From: Trueperaceae bacterium
GTDB taxonomy: Bacteria; Deinococcota; Deinococci; Deinococcales; Trueperaceae
Assembly (NCBI GenBank): GCA_035703635.1
Contig: DASSXV010000011.1
Coordinates: 1 to 37,140 of the forward strand
Direction of reading: 5' to 3'
DNA: 37,140 bases
Both the position numbers and the translations under genes were made by a program. Of this stretch, positions 16,014 through 26,620 are shown piece by piece; the stretch's first letter is position 1; each line of letters starts with the position of its first letter. The notes below the pieces were generated by a model. That model was not told the DNA's origin. It did no database searches and saw nothing but the letters and a program-made list of their open reading frames with translations.

Positions 16014-17806
16014 CAGTCGTACCTCAGGAAGATGCGGCGGTAGAGGTCGTTGCGTTCCAGCAACTCGGCGTGCGTGCCTCGGTCGACGAGACGACCGCCT
16101 TGCAGCACGAGCACCAGGTCGGCGCGGCGGATCTGCGCCAGGCGGTGCGTGATCATCAGCGTCGTGCGCCCTTCTAGCACGACGTTGATGGCGCGTTGGA
16201 TGGCGTCTTCGGTTGCGCTGTCGATGGCGCTTGTCGAGTCGTCGAGGATGAGTACGCGCGGGTCAGTGAGTAGCGCCCGCGCTATGGCGAGGCGTTGCCG
16301 CTGCCCGCCAGAGAGCGTCTCGCCGCGTTCGCCGATCACGGTGTCGTAGCCGTCCTGAAAACCCATGATGAACTCGTGCGCCTGCGCGGCCTTGGCCGCC
16401 GCGACGATGTTCTCGCGCGTAGCTACCTCTCCCAAACCGAACCCGATGTTCTCGGCAACGGAGCGTGAGAACAGGAACACGTCCTGTTCGATGACCGACA
16501 CTTGGGAGCGCAGCGCCTCGAGGTTCCAGTCGCGCACGTCTATCCCGTCGATGAGCACGCGGCCGGAGGTGGCGTCGAAGATGCGGTTGACGAGCCGCGT
16601 GACGGAGCTCTTTCCCGAGCCCGTCTGACCGACGATGGCCACGGTTTGCCCGGGCGCCACGTCGAACGACACGTTCGTTAGTGCTTCGCGCGTTCCCTCG
16701 CCCTCGTATGCGAACGTCACGTTCTGGAACTCGATGGCGCCAGCTATGCGCTCTGCGTGGCCCTCCAGGTTCTCGTCCATGTCGACTTCCGAGGTGATGA
16801 GCTCGAGGATGCGCCTGGCGCCTGCCAGGCCCATCTGCACCAGGTAGAAGGTGAAGATGGAGATGAACGCCGGGAAGCGCATTACCCCCATGAGGCCGAT
16901 GTAGGCGACGAGTTCGCCGGTGGTGATGGCGCCCAAAGACACGAGGTAAAGCCCGTGCGCGAAGGCGCCTGCCAACGCCAGGCCGATGAACAGCAGCGGT
17001 AGGTAGCGCGCTTGAACTAGCCCTGCGGCCACGAAGTGGTCGCGGAACAGCCGCGCATTACGTGCGAACTTGAGGCGCTCTGCGCCCTCCTGCACGGTCG
17101 ACTTGACGACCATGATGCCCGTGATCGTCTCGTTGAGGCTGGCGTTGAGCACCCCGAACTGCTGCCGCTGCGCGCTAGAGACGGGGTTCAGTTGGCGCAT
17201 GTAGGAGCGCAGCGCGAAGTAGAAGACGATGACGAACAGCCCTGGCGCGAGGAGCAGGCGGGCATCGATCGCCGCGATGAAGATCATGGGGACGATGAGG
17301 CTGACCAGCGATTCGGTGATGAGCCCGACGCCCGGGTTCATCATGGGGTTGAGTTGCCTGACGTCGTTGGCGGCGCGCGCCATGATGTCGCCAACGCGGT
17401 TGCGGTTGTGGAAGGTCTGGCTCTTGCCGAGCAGGCTGATGTAGAGCTCGCGGCGCGTGTCGCGCTCGAGCCGCTGCCCTAGGGTCTCGACCGAGAAGCC
17501 GCCAGCTAGGTCGAGCAGCCCGCGCAGCGCGACCATGCCGAGGATCAGTAGCGCGACGCGCAGCACGTCGCGGGCGACCGCGCTGCCGGACAGGACGAGG
17601 TCGAAGGCGCGCCCCGTTTCGGAAGGGATGGCGGACGTCAGGACCGTCGAGCTGATCGAGCTGACGAAGAACGCCGCCAGCAGCGGCCAGTTGACGAGCA
17701 AGTGCGAGACGATCCACCGCAGCGGGGAGTTGCGGTCGTACTGGCGCTCACCAGTTACGGTGAACTCACCTGGCCCCGAACGATTGACGGTGCTGCTTAA
17801 CGACAT
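16013..17806 (-). CDS. ABC exporter half (TMD + NBD), heterodimer subunit 1
   Basis: Walker A GQTGSGKS, LSGGQ, Walker B VLILDD. Stop overlaps the next start by 1 nt. Confidence 0.95.
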   Translation of the reverse strand: MSLSSTVNRSGPGEFTVTGERQYDRNSPLRWIVSHLLVNWPLLAAFFVSSISSTVLTSAIPSETGRAFDLVLSGSAVARDVLRVALLILGMVALRGLLDLAGGFSVETLGQRLERDTRRELYISLLGKSQTFHNRNRVGDIMARAANDVRQLNPMMNPGVGLITESLVSLIVPMIFIAAIDARLLLAPGLFVIVFYFALRSYMRQLNPVSSAQRQQFGVLNASLNETITGIMVVKSTVQEGAERLKFARNARLFRDHFVAAGLVQARYLPLLFIGLALAGAFAHGLYLVSLGAITTGELVAYIGLMGVMRFPAFISIFTFYLVQMGLAGARRILELITSEVDMDENLEGHAERIAGAIEFQNVTFAYEGEGTREALTNVSFDVAPGQTVAIVGQTGSGKSSVTRLVNRIFDATSGRVLIDGIDVRDWNLEALRSQVSVIEQDVFLFSRSVAENIGFGLGEVATRENIVAAAKAAQAHEFIMGFQDGYDTVIGERGETLSGGQRQRLAIARALLTDPRVLILDDSTSAIDSATEDAIQRAINVVLEGRTTLMITHRLAQIRRADLVLVLQGGRLVDRGTHAELLERNDLYRRIFLRYD

Positions 17807-17832
17807 CTACCCTCCGGATGACGAACGCCAGT

Positions 17833-19086
17833 CTATTCCGAGAGGGCAGGCCGCTGCCGTCGCGCGCCCACAAGGGCGCTTATGACCGCCGCGACGAGCG
17901 CAACGGCCAACAGGGCGCTGCCAGCGTAGAGCGCAACTGTTGCGCCATGGGCGGCTCCGCCGATGGCTTCACCGACCGCGCCGGCGAGCGCGGGCCCAAC
18001 CGCCTGACCGGCCGCGAACGCCGCGGTCGACAGCGCCATGGCCCGTGGCCACGCGCTGGCGGGCAGCCGCTCCCTGATGAGTTCAGTGATCGCCGTGATC
18101 ACCCCGAGGAATGACAGCCCGAACAGTATGGCCGAGGCGTACGGCACGGCAGTGATGAGCGCCGGCAGACTGGAGATGAGCAGCGCAGCCAACACCAGCA
18201 CCTGAGCGGCTGGCCCCTTGAGCCTGCCGCTGATCGGCCCCCACACGGGGCCGTTGAGGGTTGCGCCGACTCCGAGCAACAGCCAGAACGGCCCGGTCCC
18301 TACGCTCAGGCCGTTGGTCACGAAGGTCATGTACGCGATGTACCCGGCGCCGTAGAGCCCGTAGCTGAGGAGCGCCGGCCAGATCGACGCGATGGTACCG
18401 GTCCCGGTGCCCGCTGCGCTGCTAGCGGCTGGCGCGCTCCCTTCCGCGGCCTGAGCCGGGGCGGGCCCGGCGCCCTTGCCACGCGGCCCGGTTGGCGACG
18501 GAGCAGCGGGCTGCGCCAACCGCGGGCAAGCGCTCAACGCCAAGCCAGAAAGCGCGAGGGCGAGAAGGCCGAGCCACACCCAGGCCGCCTGCCAGTCGCT
18601 CGCCAATGGAATGACGGCAGTCGACACTGCGATGCCAACCCCGATGCTCCCGAAGTACAGACCTAGGGCCAGTGCGCGGCCACCAGAAGCCATCACGAGA
18701 GCGGCGCCGCCGACGAAGACCATCGCCCCCAAGGCGCCCTGCGCGAGCCGCAGGGCGCTCATGGCCCAGAACGGCGGTGCGACCGCCATGATGAGCAGCG
18801 TGGCGCATTGCAGGAACGCCGCCAAGTAGAAGCCGCGCCGGTAGCCTACGGCGCTCAAGATGCGGTGACTCACGAGCGCCCCAAGCAGGTAGCCGCCGGT
18901 GTTCATGCTGCCTAGCAGTCCCGCGCGGCCGATGCCGAGGTCGAGCGCGACCAGCATGTCAGGTAGCACCAACGCGTATGCGAAGCGCCCAACGCCAAGC
19001 GCGGCCCCCGGCCCAAGCCCGACGAGTACGGCGGCAAGTACTATCCTCAGGTCACTCCTACTGGTGGGCGATGGGGCCGATATCAC
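17833..19086 (-). CDS. MFS transporter, YbfB/YjiJ-like
   Basis: ALGVGRFAYALVLPDM...AGLLGSMNTGGYLLGAL; about 12 TM; TACCGT 7 nt before the GTG. Confidence 0.88.
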   Translation of the reverse strand: MISAPSPTSRSDLRIVLAAVLVGLGPGAALGVGRFAYALVLPDMLVALDLGIGRAGLLGSMNTGGYLLGALVSHRILSAVGYRRGFYLAAFLQCATLLIMAVAPPFWAMSALRLAQGALGAMVFVGGAALVMASGGRALALGLYFGSIGVGIAVSTAVIPLASDWQAAWVWLGLLALALSGLALSACPRLAQPAAPSPTGPRGKGAGPAPAQAAEGSAPAASSAAGTGTGTIASIWPALLSYGLYGAGYIAYMTFVTNGLSVGTGPFWLLLGVGATLNGPVWGPISGRLKGPAAQVLVLAALLISSLPALITAVPYASAILFGLSFLGVITAITELIRERLPASAWPRAMALSTAAFAAGQAVGPALAGAVGEAIGGAAHGATVALYAGSALLAVALVAAVISALVGARRQRPALSE

Positions 19087-19153
19087 GCTCCAGACGGTAT
19101 CAGTTACGAGTAGAATCGTAGCGGAATCGTCTCTACCACCGGAGGAATCTCAA

Positions 19154-20350
19154 ATGCGTCTGTTACGCCCCCTGCTGCTCACCTCTCTGATCGCGCTTGC
19201 CAGCACCGTCATGGCTCAAGCCATGCCCCGCGAAGTCAGGCTGAGCATCCTCCAAGCTGTCGTGCAGATCATCCCGTTCGACACGGACGCCGACGAGCTG
19301 GTTGGTTGGTCTGGTTCCGGCACCATCATCAGTCCCTCTGGCTACGTCCTAACCAACTTCCACGTGGCCGGCGACCTCGACACGCGCCGCAACTACGAGT
19401 GGCACACCATCTGGGTTACGGACCCTGACTTCACGGATCAGCCGCCGGAGTTCTACTTCTGGGCGCAGTACGTGGCCGGCGACCCGACGCACGACCTCGC
19501 GCTCCTAAAGATCGTCGAGTGGTTCGACGAGGAGCCCGTCGACCCCAGCTTCGTCTTTCCGCACGTGCAAGTCGGCGACTCCAACCAACTGATCCCCGGC
19601 GACCCGATAACGATCGTCGGCTACCCAGGCATCTCTGGTTCGACCGTCACCTTCACGGCCGGCCTCATGTCTGGCTGGGTGGGTGAGAACTTCGAGAGCG
19701 GCGGCAAGCAGTGGATCAAGACGGACGGCAAGATCTCCCACGGTAACTCTGGCGGCGGCGCTTTCGACGAGAACGGCTACCTGATCGGCGTGCCAACGGC
19801 CGGGCGCACCGTGAAGTACGACGAGTTGGACACCGAGGAGCAGGCGTATGTGCGGCCCATCAGCCTCGGTTGGGCCCTCATCGGCCCGAACGTTCCGGAC
19901 GTGGCGCGCGCCAAGAGCAGCACTGGCGTTCGCGCAAGCACTACCCCGGCCACGTCTGCCCCGACGCCTGCAGCTACCGAGCCGAGCGGTAGCGGCGTCG
20001 GCCCGTGCGACTTCTGCACCGTCGCCGAGTTGGCGCTCGGCACTCAAACGAGCAACGTCATCGGCGGAGTAGTCGACTACATCAACTTCCACACGTACAC
20101 CGTCACCGTGCCAGCTGGCACGCCGAGCCTCACCATCCTGCTCGACTCGGATCACGACCTCGACATCGCCGTCAAGTACGGCTCGCCGGTCGAAAGTTGG
20201 GCCGACGACGCCGACTGGGATTACCGGGACCTCACCGAGGCGCCAGGCGGCGCCTTCACCATCGCCCTGCCGACGCCTGGCGTTTGGTACGTAGACGTTA
20301 TGCAGTACTACGAGGACGAGGCCACGAACTACACCTTGTCCGCACGTTGA
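19154..20350 (+). CDS. Secreted trypsin-like serine protease with C-terminal PPC-like domain
   Basis: SD GGAGGA and signal peptide. Catalytic triad TNFHV / DLALL / GNSGG. Thr/Pro linker, then DLDIAVKYG...PTPGVWYV. Confidence 0.88.
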   Translation: MRLLRPLLLTSLIALASTVMAQAMPREVRLSILQAVVQIIPFDTDADELVGWSGSGTIISPSGYVLTNFHVAGDLDTRRNYEWHTIWVTDPDFTDQPPEFYFWAQYVAGDPTHDLALLKIVEWFDEEPVDPSFVFPHVQVGDSNQLIPGDPITIVGYPGISGSTVTFTAGLMSGWVGENFESGGKQWIKTDGKISHGNSGGGAFDENGYLIGVPTAGRTVKYDELDTEEQAYVRPISLGWALIGPNVPDVARAKSSTGVRASTTPATSAPTPAATEPSGSGVGPCDFCTVAELALGTQTSNVIGGVVDYINFHTYTVTVPAGTPSLTILLDSDHDLDIAVKYGSPVESWADDADWDYRDLTEAPGGAFTIALPTPGVWYVDVMQYYEDEATNYTLSAR

Positions 20351-20392
20351 GGCGTTAACGACGCTCTCACGCAGCTCGGGCCCACTCACAGG

Positions 20393-20421
20393 TTGCCCGT
20401 CACGCGCCGCCGACGTATCAT
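20393..20421 (+). promoter_or_regulatory. sigma70-like promoter of tRNA-Arg
   Basis: TTGCCC, 17 nt, TATCAT. Confidence 0.55.
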
Positions 20422-20476
20422 TACGCGCTGCACGCCGCGCCTGACCACCAACTTTGGTCGGCGCGCTGCGCAACGT

Positions 20477-20553
20477 GCGCCCGTAGCTCAGTTGGATAGA
20501 GCGGGGGACTCCTAAGCCCTAGGCCGCAGGTTCGACTCCTGCCGGGCGCACCA
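20477..20553 (+). tRNA. tRNA-Arg(CCT)
   Basis: GCGCCCG/CGGGCGC acceptor stem, loop CTCCTAA, GTTCGACTC, CCA end. Confidence 0.93.
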
Positions 20554-20643
20554 CGCTTTCTGCTCCGCCACGGTGGGGCGCTTCGGGAGAAGCGCGGCCG
20601 TCGGCCGGTTCCGGTCGCCGCGGCGGCCCAGGTGGTGACCCAA

Positions 20644-21831
20644 GTGAAAACAGCTTCGTTACTTCGCGCGCTCGCGGCGCTCCTCGCCATATCGTCGGCC
20701 AGTGCAGCCGACGACCTGATCGTAGGCGTCATCGCCACGCGCTCGACCCCTGCAGGGGCAGCGCAGACGCTAGTAGCCACCTCCTGGGCCGCGCAACTGC
20801 GGGCCAGTGGTGGGATCTTCGGCCAACCCGTGCGCTTACTACTTGGCGACGACGGCGGCAGCCCGGAAGCGGCCGTGGCTCTCGCCCAAAGCCAGGTCGA
20901 CTCCGGCGCGCTCGCCATCGTCTGTTGCACGGCGGCGGCCGCCACCGAAGCGGTCGCGGGGTTCGCGGAGAGCGTTGGCGTGGCGCTCCTGTCCCCCATC
21001 CCGTGGCCGGGGCCGAGCAACGCGAACTATTGGGCGTTCTCGCTGGCGCCATCAGACACTGACGTCCTCTCGGCGATCGTGGCCGACGCGTACCGCCGCG
21101 GCCGCCCGAGCCTCGCGCTGCTGGCACCGGACAACGAGGCGACGGCGGCCGCAGCCCGTGACCTGGAGGCGCTCGGCGCGCTCGTCGGGATCCGCTTGGC
21201 TGCTGATACGCGCTACCCGGTTGGCCAGACTGAGTTGCGGCCCGATGCATTGCTCGTGGCGAGCGCTCGCCCCGGTGGTGTGGTCGTGTGGGGCACGGCG
21301 GCAGAGGTAGCCGCCGGCGCCAACGCACTGCAGCGCCGCGGTTACGAGGGCGCCGTGTACGGCCGCACTGGCATCTTGTACGCAGGTGGGGAAGCACCGG
21401 CATGGCGCGCAGTCGTCGACCTGCTCTTCGCAGTCGCCCCCGCCGTGGTGGCTACACCAGGCAGCGCCGAGGCTTACGTGCTTCCGGGCGAACGCGAAGG
21501 CGGAGCCCTCGGCACTTGCGTGGCGGCGGCGGAACGCGACGCCGCGCGACTACGTGTCGCCACGGCAGACACCACTCAAACACTCGCGGCCGCCCCCGTT
21601 CTCGGTGGGCTCGACCTCGTGGCCGCCGCCTTCGAGCAACTCCTCGCCCTGCAGATCCCCCTAACGAACGAGGCGGTGGTGCGCCAGGCGCTGCGCGACA
21701 CCCTCGTCGGCCTGCCGGTGCAGTGCAGCGGCGCCGGCGCACTCGACCTCGAGGATGGACGAAAGAGTGCGGTGCTGCCGCGTAGTCTCGCCATCACTAC
21801 CGCCACACCGACCGGTCTAGTCGCGAAATAG
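20644..21831 (+). CDS. ABC substrate-binding protein, branched-chain amino acid (LivJ/K-like) type
   Basis: Signal peptide, GGIFGQPVRL..DDGGSPEAA, AESVGVALLS, and a two-lobed periplasmic-binding-protein pattern. Confidence 0.78.
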   Translation: MKTASLLRALAALLAISSASAADDLIVGVIATRSTPAGAAQTLVATSWAAQLRASGGIFGQPVRLLLGDDGGSPEAAVALAQSQVDSGALAIVCCTAAAATEAVAGFAESVGVALLSPIPWPGPSNANYWAFSLAPSDTDVLSAIVADAYRRGRPSLALLAPDNEATAAAARDLEALGALVGIRLAADTRYPVGQTELRPDALLVASARPGGVVVWGTAAEVAAGANALQRRGYEGAVYGRTGILYAGGEAPAWRAVVDLLFAVAPAVVATPGSAEAYVLPGEREGGALGTCVAAAERDAARLRVATADTTQTLAAAPVLGGLDLVAAAFEQLLALQIPLTNEAVVRQALRDTLVGLPVQCSGAGALDLEDGRKSAVLPRSLAITTATPTGLVAK

Positions 21832-21933
21832 CTGCGGCCCTGCAGGATTAGATTTGCTTGACCGACCAGTCTAGCTACCAACTAAGTGAAGCGTCATCCG
21901 GCGCTACGCGACCCGAAGAGTAGACTTACAGCA

Positions 21934-23046
21934 ATGACAGAGAGAACTCAGGCCCTAAAGTACGAGCTCGAGACGCTGGAGCGCAGCCTCTCGGACCCGG
22001 CGCTGTTAGCTGACGCCACCGGGTACCGAAAGACGATGCAGCGCTACAGCGAGGTCAAAGAGATCGTCGACGCCGCGCTACGTGTGGAGCACCTCGAAAC
22101 TCAACTCGCCGACCTCGACGAGCTCCTAAGCGACGCCGACCTCCGAGCAGAAGCCGAGAGCGAGGCGGCGCGCCTAACCGCAACCTTGGAAGAGCGCCGC
22201 GCCGAACTCGACATCCTGCTGACCCCTCGCGACCCGTACGACAATAAGGACGTCATCGTTGAGATCCGGGCGGCGGCAGGCGGCGACGAGGCCTCGCTGT
22301 TCGCACGCGAGATGCTCGGCATGTACCTCAAGTACGCAGCCGACCTCGGTTACAAGACCGAGCTCCTCGACTCGCACGCGACCGAGGTAGGCGGCCTAGC
22401 GAAGGTCTCCCTCGCCGTGAACGGCAAGGGCGCCTACCGGGCTTTCAAGTTCGAGTCGGGGGTGCACCGCGTTCAGCGCGTGCCCGCCACCGAGGCGCAG
22501 GGGCGCATCCACACGAGCACGGTCACAGTAGCCGTACTGCCGGAGGCAGACGACGTCGACGTGCACCTCTCCCCAAGCGACTACCGCGTAGACGTGTACC
22601 GCTCGAGTGGCCCAGGCGGCCAATCGGTGAACACGACGGACTCCGCCGTGCGCGTGACGTTCCACCCAGGCCAGGAAGACGAGATCATAGTCACGTGCCA
22701 GGACGGCAAGTCGCAGATCAAGAACAAGGAGCGCGCCCTCACCGTCCTAAGGTCGCGGCTCTTGGAGCGCGAACGCGAGCGCGCGCAGAGCGAGGCGCGC
22801 GAGGCGCGGCTCGTGCAGATCGGCACAGGCGACCGCTCGGAGCGCATCCGGACCTACAACTTCCCGCAGTCACGCGTCACGGACCACCGCATAGATTTCA
22901 CGACGCACGACCTAAGCGGCGTGCTCAGCGGTGACCTCGAGGAACTGACCGCTGCGCTCCAGTCGGAAGAACAGACGCGCCTAGCGCTCGCGGCCGCCAA
23001 GGCAGGTGGCGACGACCTCGCAGGCCGGATCCGTGGCGCGGCGTGA
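21934..23046 (+). CDS. prfA: Peptide chain release factor 1
   Basis: FESGVHRVQRVPAT (PxT motif), GPGGQSVN, IRTYNFPQ; TAGACT 7 nt before ATG 21934. Confidence 0.98.
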   Translation: MTERTQALKYELETLERSLSDPALLADATGYRKTMQRYSEVKEIVDAALRVEHLETQLADLDELLSDADLRAEAESEAARLTATLEERRAELDILLTPRDPYDNKDVIVEIRAAAGGDEASLFAREMLGMYLKYAADLGYKTELLDSHATEVGGLAKVSLAVNGKGAYRAFKFESGVHRVQRVPATEAQGRIHTSTVTVAVLPEADDVDVHLSPSDYRVDVYRSSGPGGQSVNTTDSAVRVTFHPGQEDEIIVTCQDGKSQIKNKERALTVLRSRLLERERERAQSEAREARLVQIGTGDRSERIRTYNFPQSRVTDHRIDFTTHDLSGVLSGDLEELTAALQSEEQTRLALAAAKAGGDDLAGRIRGAA

Positions 23047-23506
23047 GTTCGTCGTTGCCGCGGCCATCTTGCTCGACCCGATGGGTCGAGTGCTGCTCGT
23101 AGGCAACGACTGGCAAGGTCACGGGCGCGTGCGCTACACCCTCCCTGGTGGAGTGGTTGAGCGCGGCGAGTCGACCCTAGACGCCCTCGGACGCGAAGTG
23201 CGTGAGGAGACGGGTCTCGAGGTCACCTCCATCAAGCACCTCGCGTACGCCGTGCACGTCGAGGATAGGCGCCGCAACGATCGCGCCGTCTCGTTCGCGT
23301 TCGTCGCGGCATACGAGGGACTTCTCAACCCGAAGGACCCGGACGGTTTCATTGTCGAGGCGCGCTTCTTCCCCGTCGAGGAAGTAGCGACCATCGTGCC
23401 GATCCCCCCGCTCCGGGACCCTCTCGTGAACTACCTGCGCGAGCGCGTGCCTGGCAAGTTCTACGCCTTCGCGGGCTGGGACGGTCGTGCGGGGCGCGTG
23501 GTGTGA
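23033..23506 (+). CDS. NUDIX hydrolase
   Basis: Nudix box GGVVERGESTLDALGREVREETG. Overlaps the prfA end; start is GTG 23033 or 23006. Confidence 0.9.
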   Translation: MARREFVVAAAILLDPMGRVLLVGNDWQGHGRVRYTLPGGVVERGESTLDALGREVREETGLEVTSIKHLAYAVHVEDRRRNDRAVSFAFVAAYEGLLNPKDPDGFIVEARFFPVEEVATIVPIPPLRDPLVNYLRERVPGKFYAFAGWDGRAGRVV

Positions 23507-23527
23507 GCGCAGCAACCTAAACGAGTA

Positions 23528-23556
23528 GCGGCGGGCCTGAACGCCAGGCCCGCCGC
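23528..23556. terminator. Hairpin between convergent NUDIX and icd genes
   Basis: GCGGCGGGCCTG-aacgc-CAGGCCCGCCGC, a 12-bp perfect stem. Confidence 0.75.
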
Positions 23557-23574
23557 CGATCAGCGCTCTTCAGT

Positions 23575-24837
<1,263 letters not shown>

Positions 24838-25048
24838 GCTCTCCTCTTTCATGGGCCAGCGGCCATTCGTGGGACCTTATCGGCATGCTGGCCGGCATTA
24901 CCTGGCGTGCTTGGCATGGTGCGGCGGCGCGAACCACAGCTACCGCGCACCGCCGGGTTAGGTGGCAGCAGCTTACCACGCACACTGCGCGTCTCAGACG
25001 AGCCCTATGGACAGGGACGAGCGTGAACTGGCGGTAGATTGCGGGCAG

Positions 25049-25663
25049 ATGGCTGGTCAACGTCAACCGTCAGTCACCCCGCACGGTCTCGGTGCGCCCC
25101 TGCCCCGCTCCTTCTACGAACGGCAAGCGGACGAAGTCGCTCGGGCGCTACTTGGCGCCTACTGCATCGCTCGCACCAGCACGGGTGAGGGCAAGGTAGC
25201 CCGCATCGTCGAAGTCGAGGCCTACCTCGGCGAGGCGGACGCCGCCTGCCACGCCGCGCGCGGGCTAACGCCCCGCACGCGCACCCTCTACGGCCCTCCG
25301 GGCACCGCCTACGTTTACCTCGTGTACGGCGTGCACGAGCTCTTCAACGTCGTGTGTCAGCCAGTCGGCGAGCCACACGCGGTGCTCGTGCGCGCCGTCG
25401 AACTCTGCAATGGCGAGGCGAGCGTAGGGGCCGGCCCTGGCAAGCTAACGCGCGCGCTCGGCATAACGCGCGAGCACGACGGAACGGACCTGCTCACCGG
25501 CCCTATCACCCTGCATGCTGGGCGCCCGCCAGCGCGCACCACGGTCACGCCTAGGGTGGGCGTGGCGTACGCGGGAGCGTGGGCGGCCGCGCCCCTGCGC
25601 TACCTTGACGCAGACAGCAGAGCGGTTTCGCGGCCGCCAACTAGCCGGATCGGCGCGCCTTAG
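25049..25663 (+). CDS. mpg: DNA-3-methyladenine glycosylase (AAG/Mpg family)
   Basis: LPRSFY..VARALLG, IVEVEAY, DAACHA, GPPGTAYVYLVYG, AVLVRA, GPGKL. Start uncertain. Confidence 0.92.
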   Translation: MAGQRQPSVTPHGLGAPLPRSFYERQADEVARALLGAYCIARTSTGEGKVARIVEVEAYLGEADAACHAARGLTPRTRTLYGPPGTAYVYLVYGVHELFNVVCQPVGEPHAVLVRAVELCNGEASVGAGPGKLTRALGITREHDGTDLLTGPITLHAGRPPARTTVTPRVGVAYAGAWAAAPLRYLDADSRAVSRPPTSRIGAP

Positions 25664-26613
25664 TCGTCGCGCGGCGCGTCTTCGAACTCGTCCAGCGGGG
25701 TCAGGGCGCGGTCGCGTAGGCCTGCGACGAACGGCTCGACGTGGATCGTCGTCACGAGGTCCGCTAGTTGGGCGTGCAACGCGTCTTCGACCCGCCCGAC
25801 GAGCGCGTGGGCGTCCTCCACGGTCATGGTCGGAGCGACGAACACGTCGACCTCAGCGAAGCGCGCGCGGCCAGAGCGCCGCGTACGCAGTCGGTGGAAC
25901 CCTAGGATATTGGGCGCCTTCTCGAGCACACCCAAGATGATGGCCTCCTCCGCCTCAGGGAGGCGCTCGTCCAGTAGGCGGGAGAGCGACTTACGCATGA
26001 CGCCGACGCCGACGAAGACGATGTTCGCGGCCACGGCAAGGCCAACGAGCGGGTCGAGGGCCTGCCAACGCGTCAGGTGCACGAGCGCTACGCCGACGAC
26101 CACGCCAAGCGACGTGACCACGTCGGTGAGGATGTGCCTGGCGTTGGCCTCGAGTGCGTCCGACCGCCCGCCGCGCGCCACCCTGAACAGGTAGAGGGCG
26201 AGCGCGCCGTTAGCAAAAGCTGCGATGAGCGACACGACGACACCGAGCCCCACGTTCGTGAGCTCCTCCGGTCTGAAGAGCCGACCGATGGCGGTCCAGG
26301 CGATGGCGCCCGCCGCCACGAGGATGAGGGCAGACTCTAGGACGCTCGAGAAGTACTCTGCCTTCGAGTGCCCATAAGGGTGGCGGTAGTCGGGCGGCGC
26401 CTCGGAGACGCCAAGGGCGACGATGAGCACCGCAGCTGCGACGAGGTTGACGAGCGATTCGGCCGCGTCGGACAAGAAGCCGATCGACCCCGTGAGCAAG
26501 TAAGCGGCGAACTTCAGTCCGAGGATGGCTACCGCGGCGACTAGGCTCAACCAGGCCGCGTGATTGCTCCGTCTGTCGCCTACGCTGGTCGCCTTGCTAC
26601 CAGCGGCGTCCAT
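25660..26613 (-). CDS. Cation diffusion facilitator family transporter
   Basis: SDAAES, PPDYRHPYGHSKAE, ARHILTD, C-terminal HRLRTR...AH..TIHVEP. Confidence 0.95.
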   Translation of the reverse strand: MDAAGSKATSVGDRRSNHAAWLSLVAAVAILGLKFAAYLLTGSIGFLSDAAESLVNLVAAAVLIVALGVSEAPPDYRHPYGHSKAEYFSSVLESALILVAAGAIAWTAIGRLFRPEELTNVGLGVVVSLIAAFANGALALYLFRVARGGRSDALEANARHILTDVVTSLGVVVGVALVHLTRWQALDPLVGLAVAANIVFVGVGVMRKSLSRLLDERLPEAEEAIILGVLEKAPNILGFHRLRTRRSGRARFAEVDVFVAPTMTVEDAHALVGRVEDALHAQLADLVTTIHVEPFVAGLRDRALTPLDEFEDAPRDD

Positions 26614-26620
26614 GGCCCGC

